Origin: Candidatus Zixiibacteriota bacterium
Lineage (GTDB): Bacteria > RBG-13-66-14 > B26-G2 > WVWN01
Length of the DNA: 64,000 bases
NCBI GenBank assembly: GCA_050117845.1
Contig: JASFLY010000013.1
Location: forward strand, 6,829-70,828
Direction of reading: 5' to 3'
Shown here: positions 53,189-62,606 of the stretch, one piece after another
Layout: every line of letters begins with the position of its first letter
Position numbering within the stretch: the first letter of the stretch is position 1
Notes under the pieces: generated by a model
The model's database searches: none
The model's input: only the letters and a program-made list of their open reading frames with translations
Told to the model about the DNA's origin: nothing
Program-made: the position numbers and the translations under genes

Positions 53189-53815
53189 ATGATACTCGTC
53201 TATGTAGGAATCGTCCTCGGCGCTTTTATCTTCGGAGCCGTCCCCTTCTCCTGGGTCCTCGGTAAAATTGCCGGATACGATCTGCGACGGCACGGCTCCG
53301 GGAACCCCGGCGCCACCAACCTGTACCGCACCGCCGGCGCGAAGTGGGGCATCCCGGGGTTGCTTCTGGATATCGGGAAGGGCGTCGGCGCGGTCGTCAT
53401 CGCGCGGTTGCTGTTCCCGGACGTCGCGGCCGCCGGCGTATGCGCGGCCGCCGGGGCCATCGCCGGCCACATCTGGACGCCGTTCCTCGGCTTCCGGGGC
53501 GGCAAGGGCGTCGCGACGGCCACGGGGGCGTTCCTGGCCCTCTCTCCCGTATTGATAATCTTCGCGTTCCTCGTGTTCGCCGTCATCGTCGCCATAACGC
53601 GTTACGTTTCTTTGGGTTCTATTACGGCGGCGGCGGCGGCTTTCGTCGGTTCCTTCGGAATCCCTCTCATCCTCGGCAAGCCGGTCGACGTGTATTTCGT
53701 CGTCCTGGTCGGCGTATGCGCCGTGGTGATAATTTTCGCTCATCGGGGGAATATATCCCGGCTCCTGGCCGGGACAGAAGGCCGGCTAGGCAAATCGAAA
53801 GCGGACAAAAAGTGA
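53189..53815 (+). CDS. plsY: Glycerol-3-phosphate acyltransferase PlsY
   Basis: GSGNPGATN motif and a 5-TM topology typical of PlsY. Confidence 0.85.
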   Translation: MILVYVGIVLGAFIFGAVPFSWVLGKIAGYDLRRHGSGNPGATNLYRTAGAKWGIPGLLLDIGKGVGAVVIARLLFPDVAAAGVCAAAGAIAGHIWTPFLGFRGGKGVATATGAFLALSPVLIIFAFLVFAVIVAITRYVSLGSITAAAAAFVGSFGIPLILGKPVDVYFVVLVGVCAVVIIFAHRGNISRLLAGTEGRLGKSKADKK

Positions 53816-54822
53816 GTACCGAGAAAAAAACGGTGGCGGTTTTGGGCGCCGGGTCCTGGGGCGTTACGCTCGCCCGGGTCTTCGCCGAAAACGGCCATAG
53901 CGTCCGGCTGTGGTGCTATCTTCCGGAGGAGTACGAAATACTCTCGGCCCACCGCGAGCGCCGGGATATCCTGCCGGGGATAGTAGTGCCCGATTCGGTC
54001 GCCTTCTCGACCGACGCGGCCGAGGTCGTCGCCGGGGCCGACGCCGTCTTCTTCGTCGTGCCGTCCTTCGGCGTGCGGGCGACGGCCGCGAAGATAGCCG
54101 CCGCGTGCGACGGCTCGCAAATAGCAGTTTCCGCCGCCAAGGGCCTGGAGGAGGGGACTTTCCTCCGGATGACCGAGGTCATGGCCGACGAGTTGGGCGA
54201 CCGGGCCCGGGGCTTCGTTTCCTTCTCGGGGCCGAGCCACGCCGAGGAAGTTTCGCGCCGCATACCGACGACTATAGTGGCCGCGGCCGCGGACGATGGC
54301 GTGGCGCGGGAGGTCCGCGACCTGGCGTTCGCCCCTTACCTCCGCGTTTACACGAACACGGACGTGTTGGGCGTCGAGTACGGCGCGGCCCTCAAGAACG
54401 TAATCGCCATCGCGGCCGGCGTCGTGGACGGCCTCGGCTACGGCGACAACACCAAGGCGGCGCTCCTCACGCGGGGCCTCGCCGAGATCAGTCGGCTGGG
54501 CGTGGCCCGGGGCGCGGACCCGCTGACCTTCGCGGGTCTCTCGGGCCTGGGGGACCTGGTGGTAACGTGCATGAGCCGGCACAGCCGCAACCGCTACGTC
54601 GGCGAGGAGCTGGGCCGCGGCCGCCCGCTGGACGATATACTCGATTCCATGCAGATGGTGGCCGAGGGCGTACGAACGACAAAAGTCGCCCGCGCTTTGT
54701 CGGTGGAAGCGGCCGTCGAGATGCCGATTACCGAAGCCATGTATCAGGTTATGTTCGAAGGGCGAGCGCCACGCGCCGCTGTCACGGAATTGATGGGCCG
54801 AACTCCCAAATCGGAATTGTAA
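53812..54822 (+). CDS. gpsA: NAD(P)H-dependent glycerol-3-phosphate dehydrogenase
   Basis: VAVLGAGSWGVTLA Rossmann motif and GpsA-like sequence. GTG start at 53812; the track ORF 53344..54822 extends spuriously through plsY. Confidence 0.85.
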   Translation: MSTEKKTVAVLGAGSWGVTLARVFAENGHSVRLWCYLPEEYEILSAHRERRDILPGIVVPDSVAFSTDAAEVVAGADAVFFVVPSFGVRATAAKIAAACDGSQIAVSAAKGLEEGTFLRMTEVMADELGDRARGFVSFSGPSHAEEVSRRIPTTIVAAAADDGVAREVRDLAFAPYLRVYTNTDVLGVEYGAALKNVIAIAAGVVDGLGYGDNTKAALLTRGLAEISRLGVARGADPLTFAGLSGLGDLVVTCMSRHSRNRYVGEELGRGRPLDDILDSMQMVAEGVRTTKVARALSVEAAVEMPITEAMYQVMFEGRAPRAAVTELMGRTPKSEL

Positions 54823-54878
54823 ACCGACCTACGCGTAATTAACCTTGATTTGCGTCGATAATATCTTTATATTATACT

Positions 54879-55184
54879 ATGAGGATAGGCTACGTTGTCG
54901 GTATGGTGGTTTCGACGGTCAAGGACGAGGGGATTAGGGGCCTGAAGCTCCTCCTCGTCGAAGACTGCGACATTAACGGCCGCGGCCGTGGCACTTATTA
55001 CGTCGCCGCCGACGCCGTGGGAGCCGGGAAGGGAGAGGTCGTGTTGACCGCGGCCGGTTCTTCCGCCCGGCAAACCGAGATGACCCGCAACCGGCCCGTC
55101 GACGCCGTCGTAATGGCCATAGTGGAATCGGTGGAGGCCGACGGCGAAATAAGCTATCGCAAGAGCGCCGGGGTGCCCCGGTGA
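54879..55184 (+). CDS. BMC vertex protein (EutN/CcmL/PduN family), paralog 1 of 3
   Basis: [29 protein letters not shown]...[25 protein letters not shown]...[11 protein letters not shown] matches the EutN/CcmL consensus (M.I..V.G.VVST.K...L.G.KLL.V......VA.D.VGAG.GE.VL...GS.AR...P.DA.V.AIV). Confidence 0.75.
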   Translation: MRIGYVVGMVVSTVKDEGIRGLKLLLVEDCDINGRGRGTYYVAADAVGAGKGEVVLTAAGSSARQTEMTRNRPVDAVVMAIVESVEADGEISYRKSAGVPR

Positions 55185-55462
55185 GGGCGGGGCGAGTGAT
55201 AGGGTGCGTCGTCGCGACGCGGGTATACGAGGGCCTGGAGGGCAGGAAGCTGCTTCTGGTTGACCCCATCGACGCCGAGGACGAAGTGGACGGCGAGCCG
55301 TTCGTGGCGTGCGACGTAGTGGGGGCGGGCCCCGGGTCCCGGGTTATCTGGCTGGGCGGCCGGGAGGCCTCGCTGGCGCTGGACCCGCCCGGCGGGCCGG
55401 TGGACGCGACCTGCGTCGCGATTCTGGAGCGGCACGGCGGCGTTAAAGGGGAAGACTTCTAA
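55181..55462 (+). CDS. BMC vertex protein (EutN/CcmL family), paralog 2 of 3
   Basis: [29 protein letters not shown]...[27 protein letters not shown]...[11 protein letters not shown]. Confidence 0.7.
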   Translation: MRAGRVIGCVVATRVYEGLEGRKLLLVDPIDAEDEVDGEPFVACDVVGAGPGSRVIWLGGREASLALDPPGGPVDATCVAILERHGGVKGEDF

Positions 55463-55725
55463 TGGAACTGGGACGCGTGGTAGGCCCCGCGCCGTCGACG
55501 GTGAAACATCCTAAATTGGAAGGTTTGAAACTGCTCATGGTCGAACCGGAGGGCGGAAGCGGCGGGGGAGCGGTAATCGCCTGGGACCTGGTCGACGCGG
55601 GCCGCGGCGACCGGGTGTTGATAATGCGGGAAGGGGGCGCCGCCATTCGGCTGCTGGGCCGGGGGGAAGCGCCCGTAAGGACCGTACTGGTAGGACACGT
55701 CGAGAGAGTAGATGGCCCCGAGTAA
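55462..55725 (+). CDS. BMC vertex protein (EutN/CcmL family), divergent paralog 3 of 3
   Basis: [29 protein letters not shown]...VIAWDLVDAGRGDRVLIMREGGAAIRLL...PVRTVLVGHVE. Confidence 0.65.
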   Translation: MELGRVVGPAPSTVKHPKLEGLKLLMVEPEGGSGGGAVIAWDLVDAGRGDRVLIMREGGAAIRLLGRGEAPVRTVLVGHVERVDGPE

Positions 55726-57427
55726 AACGACGACCGGCGTAACGGTGGACCGCGGCGTAGGCCGCGGGGCCACGTTCGCGTCCATTACCGGCCGCATCGG
55801 CATCGAAGAGGCGAACGAACTCCAGCGCCGCTTCGACGAGGTCTTCAAGGCCGGCCGGCCCTGGGTCATTATCAGCATGAGGGACGTGGACTTCATTTGT
55901 TCCGCCGGCATGGGGACGCTGCTCTCCGCCGTCGGGGAATCCCGCAAGAGCGGCGGCGAGGTCATCTTCACCGACGTGTCGGCCAAGGTCCGGACCATAT
56001 TCGAGTTCCTGGACATCTGGGACTACATCACGACCGCTCCGGACAAGGACGCGGCCCTCGAGATGGTTACGGCGGGGAAGCGGATACAAGCCCGCCAGGC
56101 CGCGGCCGTACTCACGCCGTCCTTCATCGCCGACGACCTCAAGGCGAAATTGAACGCCGGCGTCCGCCTGAGCAAAGAGGGCAAACTAAAGGACGCGCTC
56201 GCGTACCTGAACGCCGTCCTCAAATCGGAAAAAGACAACGTCTCGGCGCTGACCTGGAAGGCGAACGTCCTCGAGCGGCTGGGCCAGTTGGGCGAGGCGC
56301 GGCGCCTGTACCGCCGCGTTTGCGAGATAGGCCGGGGCGACCGCCAACTTCTGGCGTACGCCCGCAACCGCTTCGAGAAGCTGAACCAGAAGCTGGACCA
56401 GGCCGCGGACCGGGACCGCGTTTACGATCAATTAAAAGACTACGTTCGGGAGCTGGCCCGCGCGCCCGTCGGGACGCCGGACTTCCTGAAGCCCCGCCGC
56501 ACCGTCGAGGAGGGGCGCGGCCCCTTCCTGGAGTGGTGCCGCACGTGGGACGACAACCCGCTTTACGGGAACGACAGCCTGGGCCGGAACCTGGCCACCG
56601 GCGGGGGCATGTTCCTCTGGGCCGGCGGCCGCGGAATAGTGGTGGACCCCGGGAAAAACTTCGTCGCCCGCTTCGCGGCGGCCGGGTACCGCCTGGTGGA
56701 TATCGACGCCATCGTCGTGACCAGCGTCGCCTGGGACCACAACGCCGACCTCGAGCCGTTGGTGGAAGTGATAAGCCGATACAATAAGGCGGGGGTGGGG
56801 CCGGTCAAACGGGTCGAGACCTTCGTCAACGCCGGCGTGTATAAGAGGAACTACTCGTGGCTTTCGGCCGCCAAGGACGCGGTTTCGAAACTCACGGTGC
56901 TGTACCCGGGGCACGCCTACCGCATCGGCACCGCGGCGCTCGACGTCAAACCGGCCGATGTCCCGGAGGCTCGCGAAGACGACGTATTGGGTTTCATCCT
57001 GACGGCGGGGGACGGCAGCATCGGTTACGTGGCCGACGCCGGCTGTCGGGACGTGGACGTCCTCGCGGCCCAGTATCGGGGGGCGCGGGGCAGGCCGCTC
57101 GTAGCTTACGTCGGCGGCGCGTACGCCGACGAAAACGTTAAAAAATGGTATGGGGATTATTTGGGCGTGGAAGCGCTGAGTCGCCTGCTGTCGGACGTCA
57201 GGCCGCAGGTGGCCTTGCTCGGGAAGGTGGCCGACGTGCCCGACCCGGTTAAACTGGGCGCGGCTATAACGAAGGCCACCAACGTCCGGTGTGTCCCTCT
57301 GGACGTGGGGTTCCGCGTCAACGTTGAAACATCGGAAGCCTATATTGGCGAGGGAGCGGTATCTCTGAGCAGCCTGGAGGTCGGCCTGTCCGGAGACGGA
57401 CGGCTGGCGTATAAGAAAAGAGATTAA
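55712..57427 (+). CDS. STAS (anti-sigma-factor-antagonist-like) domain protein fused to a TPR-like helical region and a degenerate MBL-fold-like C-terminal domain
   Basis: N-terminus ...VIISMRDVDFICSAGMGTLLSAVGESRKSGGEVIFTDVSAKVRTIFEFLDIWDYI is SpoIIAA/STAS-like. Middle region has TPR-like helices. C-terminal region has VDPG...VVTSVAWDHNADL at the position of the MBL HxHxDH motif, but the His residues are absent. Confidence 0.5.
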   Translation: MAPSKTTTGVTVDRGVGRGATFASITGRIGIEEANELQRRFDEVFKAGRPWVIISMRDVDFICSAGMGTLLSAVGESRKSGGEVIFTDVSAKVRTIFEFLDIWDYITTAPDKDAALEMVTAGKRIQARQAAAVLTPSFIADDLKAKLNAGVRLSKEGKLKDALAYLNAVLKSEKDNVSALTWKANVLERLGQLGEARRLYRRVCEIGRGDRQLLAYARNRFEKLNQKLDQAADRDRVYDQLKDYVRELARAPVGTPDFLKPRRTVEEGRGPFLEWCRTWDDNPLYGNDSLGRNLATGGGMFLWAGGRGIVVDPGKNFVARFAAAGYRLVDIDAIVVTSVAWDHNADLEPLVEVISRYNKAGVGPVKRVETFVNAGVYKRNYSWLSAAKDAVSKLTVLYPGHAYRIGTAALDVKPADVPEAREDDVLGFILTAGDGSIGYVADAGCRDVDVLAAQYRGARGRPLVAYVGGAYADENVKKWYGDYLGVEALSRLLSDVRPQVALLGKVADVPDPVKLGAAITKATNVRCVPLDVGFRVNVETSEAYIGEGAVSLSSLEVGLSGDGRLAYKKRD

Positions 57428-57482
57428 CGGTACCGTTTTCCAGGACTTACGGCGTCGCCGGGGTCTTTTCCGGAAGGGTGAT

Positions 57483-57866
57483 ATGAAGGACTTCAAGATA
57501 AGCAGAGTAGAAGACGGTAAAAACGGCGTCGTGGTGGTGGCGGTCGAAGGTCAGGTCGGCATCGAAGAAGCGGCGCAGGTCTCGAAATTTTTCGAGGAGC
57601 TTGAGAACGAGGGCGTCATATGGGTCGTCGTCAACCTCAAGGGCGTCGACTTCATTAGCACCGCCGGCGTGGGGGCTTTGCTTTACGCCGTGGGTGGCGC
57701 TCGGAAACGGGGCGGCGAGATAGTCTTTATCGAATTTTCGCCCAAGACGAAAGCCGTATTCGAGTTCCTCGACCTGCACGACTTTATCGTCACCGCTGCG
57801 GATCGCGACGGCGGCCTGGGCATAATCAAGGAAATACAAAGCGGCGCCCGGCCGGCAGGCGGCTAA
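57483..57866 (+). CDS. STAS-domain protein (anti-sigma factor antagonist family)
   Basis: VWVVVNLKGVDFISTAGVGALLYAVGGARKRGGEIVFIEFSPKTKAVFEFLDLHDFI matches the STAS fold pattern. Confidence 0.65.
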   Translation: MKDFKISRVEDGKNGVVVVAVEGQVGIEEAAQVSKFFEELENEGVIWVVVNLKGVDFISTAGVGALLYAVGGARKRGGEIVFIEFSPKTKAVFEFLDLHDFIVTAADRDGGLGIIKEIQSGARPAGG

Positions 57867-57933
57867 TCGGACGCCGTTTTGGGGGGAACGCCGACTCCGG
57901 CTTCTACCGGAGTAGTGCCTTCGTTGTTTGCCC

Positions 57934-60165
57934 CTAAAGCGTAACTTTGTAGATTACGCCCTCTCGTAACACCTCGATCTCCGCGCCGAGAGCGAAATAC
58001 GGCGCGAGGTCGGGGTGTTTTTCTATTAGTTTGAAGTATTCGTCGCTCGCGAACTCGACCACGACCGTGTCGGCCTCCGGCCCCTCGTCGAGCGCGATGT
58101 CCCGCCATACGCCGCCCGCCCGGCGGAAACTCTTTCCGGCCACGAAGCGCGCGCCGTCGCCGTCTCCATAGGCCGAACCGGCCACCGCCGCTTCCTTGAA
58201 GCCGCCGATGGTCTTGGATTCGCGGACCGATAGTTCGTCCCGGGACTTCGGCGCCGAGTAGACTATACCCGGCGTCCTGACCAACTCCGCCCCGGCCATC
58301 CACCGTCCGGCCGTACCGGCGTCCTCGCTCGTCATGGCGCCGACTTTACCCCATACCGTGGGGGAAGGCCGCGATATGGACGTGCCGGCGTCCTCGACCA
58401 GGTACGACGTATAGGGGGTCGGGATGCCGTAACGCTTGGACAGCGCGACTATGGAATCGACGAGTTCTTTGTCCTCGCCCTCGAGTTTGATTTGCTCGAG
58501 GAGGAAGCCTATCTTGCGCGTCGCCCACAGCGCGGCGATGTACGGGTTGTCCCGGCTCTCGCCCGCCACCGCGGCCAGTTCGTAGCGGAAGCTTTCGCGG
58601 CGGCCGGCGCGCTCGCCCGAAAGGGTCAACGCGCCGTCGGCCAACTCACCCTTGAAGCGGCCGAAGAGCGTTAGCTGCGTACCGGCGAAGATGTCGGGCA
58701 GCGCGGGCGGGTAGGCGTCGTAGCACTCGACGTTCTCCCACGCCAGCTCCACATCCGTGAGGACCGGCCGGGATATTTTATCGTAGAACGACGTTACGGC
58801 GAGTTCCAGGTCCTCGCCCGGTTCCACGTACTGCGCGGTGCCGCCGTTCTTCCGGGAGAGGTCGTCCAGAAGCTCCGTGCGGACCTTGTAGCCCACGCCG
58901 AACGAGAAGATGCGGGCGTCCGCGCTCTCGTTGGCGGCCCGGGCGTTGGCCACGATGTCCGGGACGTTGCGCTCGCCGACCGTCGGTTTGCCGTCGGTCA
59001 GAAAAACCACCATCGTCGGCCCCACGGCCTCGGCGGACGCGGAAGCGAGGCCCTTGCCCAGCGCTCCGTCGATATTGGTCCCGCCGCCGGCGGTGAGCTT
59101 TTTCACGAAGGCCAGGCCGGCGTCGACGTTCGCCTTGGTCGCCGGGACCGTCTCGTCGCGGAAGAGCGTCGGCTGTTCGTTGAAGGGGATGATGTTGAAC
59201 CGGTCCCCGGGGCCGAGCTGGTTCAGGCAATAGGACGCGGCCTCCCGGACCTGCTCAATTTTGTCCCCGGCCATGGAGCCGGATACGTCCACGACGAAGA
59301 TAACTTCCTTGGGTTCGGGGGACGACTCGGCCGCGGCCGGCGGCGTTAGCACCAGCAGCAGGTAGCCGTCCTCGCCGCCTTCGCGGTGGGCCAGGACGCT
59401 CGCGCCCACTTCGGCGTCGCCCGGCGCGTAATAGAGGACGAAGTCCTGGGAGGGTTTTACGTCCTCGACGTGGTACCGGACGGAAGCGGCGTTCGGGGTT
59501 TTGCGTTCGAGTTTAACCTTGTGGGACGGTGAGAAGACGCTGTCGATGGCGCTCTCGGTTTTAATGTCGACCCGCACGTCCACGTCCTCGATGGGCTGGC
59601 GGCTGAAGCGTTCAGTATCCAGCGGGTACACGAACTTTACCAGGCCGCCGTCGTACGGCAACAGCTCCGAATACGTTATCTCGACGCGCTTCTCACCCTC
59701 CGCCGGAATGGGGTATATCCGCGCCTTCACGGCGCCCCGGCCTATGTACTCCAGGAGGGCCGGGTCCTGGTTTTTATTGACGAGCGAGCGGTATTCGACC
59801 GCCGCCTCGGCCGCGTCGAGCATCTCGCCCTCCACCGGCTTCCCGTCCACCTTGAGCGAAAAGCGGTCTATCGCCGCGCCTTTGGGCAGCGGGAAAATAT
59901 ACGTACCCTCGAGGTCGAAGCTGTACGGATTCTCGAACACCTCGTCGACGTGGGTAGTCCCGACCTGTCCCTCGATGACCGTCTCGACGCGGTGATACTT
60001 GATGTCGAGGCTGTACGGTTCGGGCCGGGTTCCGGGGTGGGGCCAGGGGGGGCTGGGTTGACGGTAAGGCCAGGGGATGATAATGCCGTCGGCGGCGCCG
60101 ACGGCCGGGAGGACGATTAAAAGTACGGCCAGCGTCAACACGTGCCGGGATAATTTGCGCCACAT
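57934..60165 (-). CDS. Secreted VIT domain plus von Willebrand factor type A domain protein
   Basis: Signal peptide. VIT-like N-terminus (YSLDIKYHRVETVIEGQVGTTHVDEVFENP). vWA MIDAS motif IFVVDVSGSM...TNIDGAL...FLTDGKPT. Confidence 0.7.
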   Translation of the reverse strand: MWRKLSRHVLTLAVLLIVLPAVGAADGIIIPWPYRQPSPPWPHPGTRPEPYSLDIKYHRVETVIEGQVGTTHVDEVFENPYSFDLEGTYIFPLPKGAAIDRFSLKVDGKPVEGEMLDAAEAAVEYRSLVNKNQDPALLEYIGRGAVKARIYPIPAEGEKRVEITYSELLPYDGGLVKFVYPLDTERFSRQPIEDVDVRVDIKTESAIDSVFSPSHKVKLERKTPNAASVRYHVEDVKPSQDFVLYYAPGDAEVGASVLAHREGGEDGYLLLVLTPPAAAESSPEPKEVIFVVDVSGSMAGDKIEQVREAASYCLNQLGPGDRFNIIPFNEQPTLFRDETVPATKANVDAGLAFVKKLTAGGGTNIDGALGKGLASASAEAVGPTMVVFLTDGKPTVGERNVPDIVANARAANESADARIFSFGVGYKVRTELLDDLSRKNGGTAQYVEPGEDLELAVTSFYDKISRPVLTDVELAWENVECYDAYPPALPDIFAGTQLTLFGRFKGELADGALTLSGERAGRRESFRYELAAVAGESRDNPYIAALWATRKIGFLLEQIKLEGEDKELVDSIVALSKRYGIPTPYTSYLVEDAGTSISRPSPTVWGKVGAMTSEDAGTAGRWMAGAELVRTPGIVYSAPKSRDELSVRESKTIGGFKEAAVAGSAYGDGDGARFVAGKSFRRAGGVWRDIALDEGPEADTVVVEFASDEYFKLIEKHPDLAPYFALGAEIEVLREGVIYKVTL

Positions 60166-60267
60166 AATTGCTACCTCGCTTGGGATGAGCGAATAAGGTT
60201 GTCGCCAATTCGACGCCGGGGGAGGGCGTTCGGTTTAAGGGCCGGCCGCCGGGGGGAGCGGAGGGAA

Positions 60268-61062
60268 TCAGGCTTCACGGTCGCGCAAGCGCTCGAGGAC
60301 CTGGCGCACGATTTCGCGCACGGTTTCGTCGTCCGGGGCGGCCGCGGGATTAACGCCGGCGACGGAGGAATCGGGGGGAGAGTTTGAGGAGGCGGGGGCC
60401 GGGGCCGCTTCGCACATTATTCTCAACGGGGGCTGGCCCGGGCCGCGGGCCGTCAGTTTCTCGACGTCGTCGACGGTCAGCACCGATACGTGGCCGAGTT
60501 GACGGGCGACCAGCATCACCTGGGCGAACTGCTCCACCTTCTCCAGCGTGAAGTACGCCGCCTCCAGCGTCGCCCCCAGCGTAACCGTGCCGTGGTTGGC
60601 GAGGAGGAGGGCGTTATGGTCGCGCAGATGGGGCCGGATACTCTCGGGCACTTCGTCCGTGGACGGGGTGGCGTACGGCGCCAGCGGGACGTTGCCCAGC
60701 GTCGATACTATCTCGGGCAGAACGCACTCGGCGAGGGGCATCCGGGCGACGGCGAATCCGGTGGCGATGGGGGGGTGGGCGTGAACGACGCCGCCCACGT
60801 CGCTCCGTTCTTTGTATATCTCGAGGTGGAGAAGGATCTCGCTGGAGGCGTCACGCTTGCCTTCGACCCGCCGGCCGTCGAGGTCGAGGATTACTATGTC
60901 CTCGGCCTCCATCATGCCCTTGCACATTCCGGCGGGCGTCGCCGCGACGAAACCGTCGCCCACGCGGCAACTCATATTGCCGTCCGAGGCCGCAACGAAG
61001 CCCTTCTCGTAGCAGCGGCGGCCTATTTCGACGATTTCCCGGCGAGCTTGCCATATATTCAT
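60268..61062 (-). CDS. Class II aldolase/adducin-family protein (fuculose-1-phosphate aldolase-like)
   Basis: VAASDGNMSCRV..., GGVVHAHPPIATGFAV, NHGTVTLGATLEAAY - the class II aldolase fold with a metal-binding His cluster. Confidence 0.75.
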   Translation of the reverse strand: MNIWQARREIVEIGRRCYEKGFVAASDGNMSCRVGDGFVAATPAGMCKGMMEAEDIVILDLDGRRVEGKRDASSEILLHLEIYKERSDVGGVVHAHPPIATGFAVARMPLAECVLPEIVSTLGNVPLAPYATPSTDEVPESIRPHLRDHNALLLANHGTVTLGATLEAAYFTLEKVEQFAQVMLVARQLGHVSVLTVDDVEKLTARGPGQPPLRIMCEAAPAPASSNSPPDSSVAGVNPAAAPDDETVREIVRQVLERLRDREA

Positions 61063-61357
61063 ACGGTTGCACCTCGGATGTTTATTATATTCAGGAGGTT
61101 ACGGATAAAACGGGATAAAGCGGTTTAATATTAAAGCCGGCGTAACCGGAACTCCGGCCGATACGCTATGATAAACTCAAATATTATTAATTATCGGGCC
61201 GCTCCGGCGTTCGCTTCGCATATTACTTTAAGTACCGGTAGAGGCGGTTAACGGCGTATTTGGGGGCGCCGTTACGCTACCCGTTAAGCTATCCCGACCC
61301 GAATATAACACTAGTTCGGACCTTTGGCAAAAGAAAACCCGTCTCCCGCCAATAAAA

Positions 61358-61388
61358 ATACCCGCCCGGTGGCCGGGCGGGCGTTTTT
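61358..61388. terminator. Bidirectional terminator (AAAAATA, CCCGCCCG-GTGGC-CGGGCGGG, CGTTTTTA)
   Basis: GC hairpin flanked by A- and T-tracts, downstream of the minus-strand secreted-protein gene. Confidence 0.6.
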
Positions 61389-61400
61389 ACCTGATGGGGT

Positions 61401-62606
61401 TTAGGGCGAGTAGACCATAGTTTTGACGAAACGCTCTCCCGCCGCTTCCATGGTGCAAAGGTAGACGCCGGGGGCGACTTTCCCCGGCCGCCAGTCGACG
61501 TCGTGGATCCCCGGGGGATATATCCGGTCGGCGAGGGTCGTTACCTTGCGGCCGCTGAGGTCGTAGACCGCCAGGTGAACGCGGGCCGAAACGTCACAGG
61601 CGAACGTTATAGTCGTATATTTGTCGACCGGGTTGGGCCGGTTCTGAGCCAGGCGGAAGGCCCGGGGTTTGACCGAGGCCGGCGGGGGGCCGGGGGCGAA
61701 ACCGGCGAGGGCCGTGTCCGCGTTGGCGAGTAACTCCTCCAGGTCGGCCCCCGCCACGAGCGCGAATGTGATGCGCTGTCGCTGGTTCGGGGCGAGGGAG
61801 AACGGGCCGGTGCACAGCATGAAACGCCAGTCGTAGGGTTCCGTACGGACGCAATCGAATTTAGGTTGTCGCATGTATTCGAAGATGACGGCTTCGACCT
61901 CGGGGTCGTTTTTGATATCCCAGGCGTACGCGCTGTGGGGGCGGGCGTCCACGCACAGCAAGCCGATATAGGGGTTGCCGGCATCGTGGTCGTACATGTA
62001 CGGCATGGCCCTTTCTTCGTCGAAGCCGACGCAGTCCTCGATATAGGAGAATGAGCCACCGATGTCGAGGTCGTAGGAGAGGGAAAAATAAGCGTCGTCG
62101 ATCCGTTGCGCGTTATCGTTGGTCAAGTAGTAGCGAAGGCCGACTATGTCTTCGGCGTCGGGCGTCGCCCAACTCATTCCGTGAAACTCGCACGTAACGG
62201 GGATGGGGCCGTTCTGGCCGGCGTGACCGTCGTCCATTCGGAAGTAGGAATCGAGAGTGCCCGTGCGGTGGACGTACGAGGGGACTTCCGACCATTCGGG
62301 GTCGTCCGACATGATGACCGGCGTAACGTCGTTCCATTCCCGGCCGCCGGAGAGGTGCAGGTCGTTTCCGAGCATCGTCCCGAACCATATATCGCCGTAG
62401 TAGATGTGGGCCGGGCCGCTCGGGGCGGGATAAATGCCGGTTTCGTAAACGTAACCCTGGTTATATATTTCGAGCCAAAACAGGCCGTCGTCGAGTATTC
62501 CGGAGTAGCCGTAATCCTCCGAGAGCGGCCCTGCGGACTTCGCCGGCGCCTGTACCGCGAACACGGCGCACGCCAGAGCGACCGTGGCGAACAATCTCGC
62601 GTTCAT
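61401..62606 (-). CDS. Secreted protein with a T9SS-type (Por secretion) C-terminal sorting domain
   Basis: Signal peptide MNARLFATVALACAVFAVQA. C-terminal ~80 aa LAQNRPNPVDKYTTITFACDVSARVHLAVYDLSGRKVTTL...PGVYLCTMEAAGERFVKTMVY matches the T9SS CTD / FlgD-Ig-like pattern (QNYPNPFN..T.I.F.L.....V.L.VYD..GR.V..L......G.....W......G..L.SGVYF.RL.A.G.....KM). Confidence 0.55.
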   Translation of the reverse strand: MNARLFATVALACAVFAVQAPAKSAGPLSEDYGYSGILDDGLFWLEIYNQGYVYETGIYPAPSGPAHIYYGDIWFGTMLGNDLHLSGGREWNDVTPVIMSDDPEWSEVPSYVHRTGTLDSYFRMDDGHAGQNGPIPVTCEFHGMSWATPDAEDIVGLRYYLTNDNAQRIDDAYFSLSYDLDIGGSFSYIEDCVGFDEERAMPYMYDHDAGNPYIGLLCVDARPHSAYAWDIKNDPEVEAVIFEYMRQPKFDCVRTEPYDWRFMLCTGPFSLAPNQRQRITFALVAGADLEELLANADTALAGFAPGPPPASVKPRAFRLAQNRPNPVDKYTTITFACDVSARVHLAVYDLSGRKVTTLADRIYPPGIHDVDWRPGKVAPGVYLCTMEAAGERFVKTMVYSP

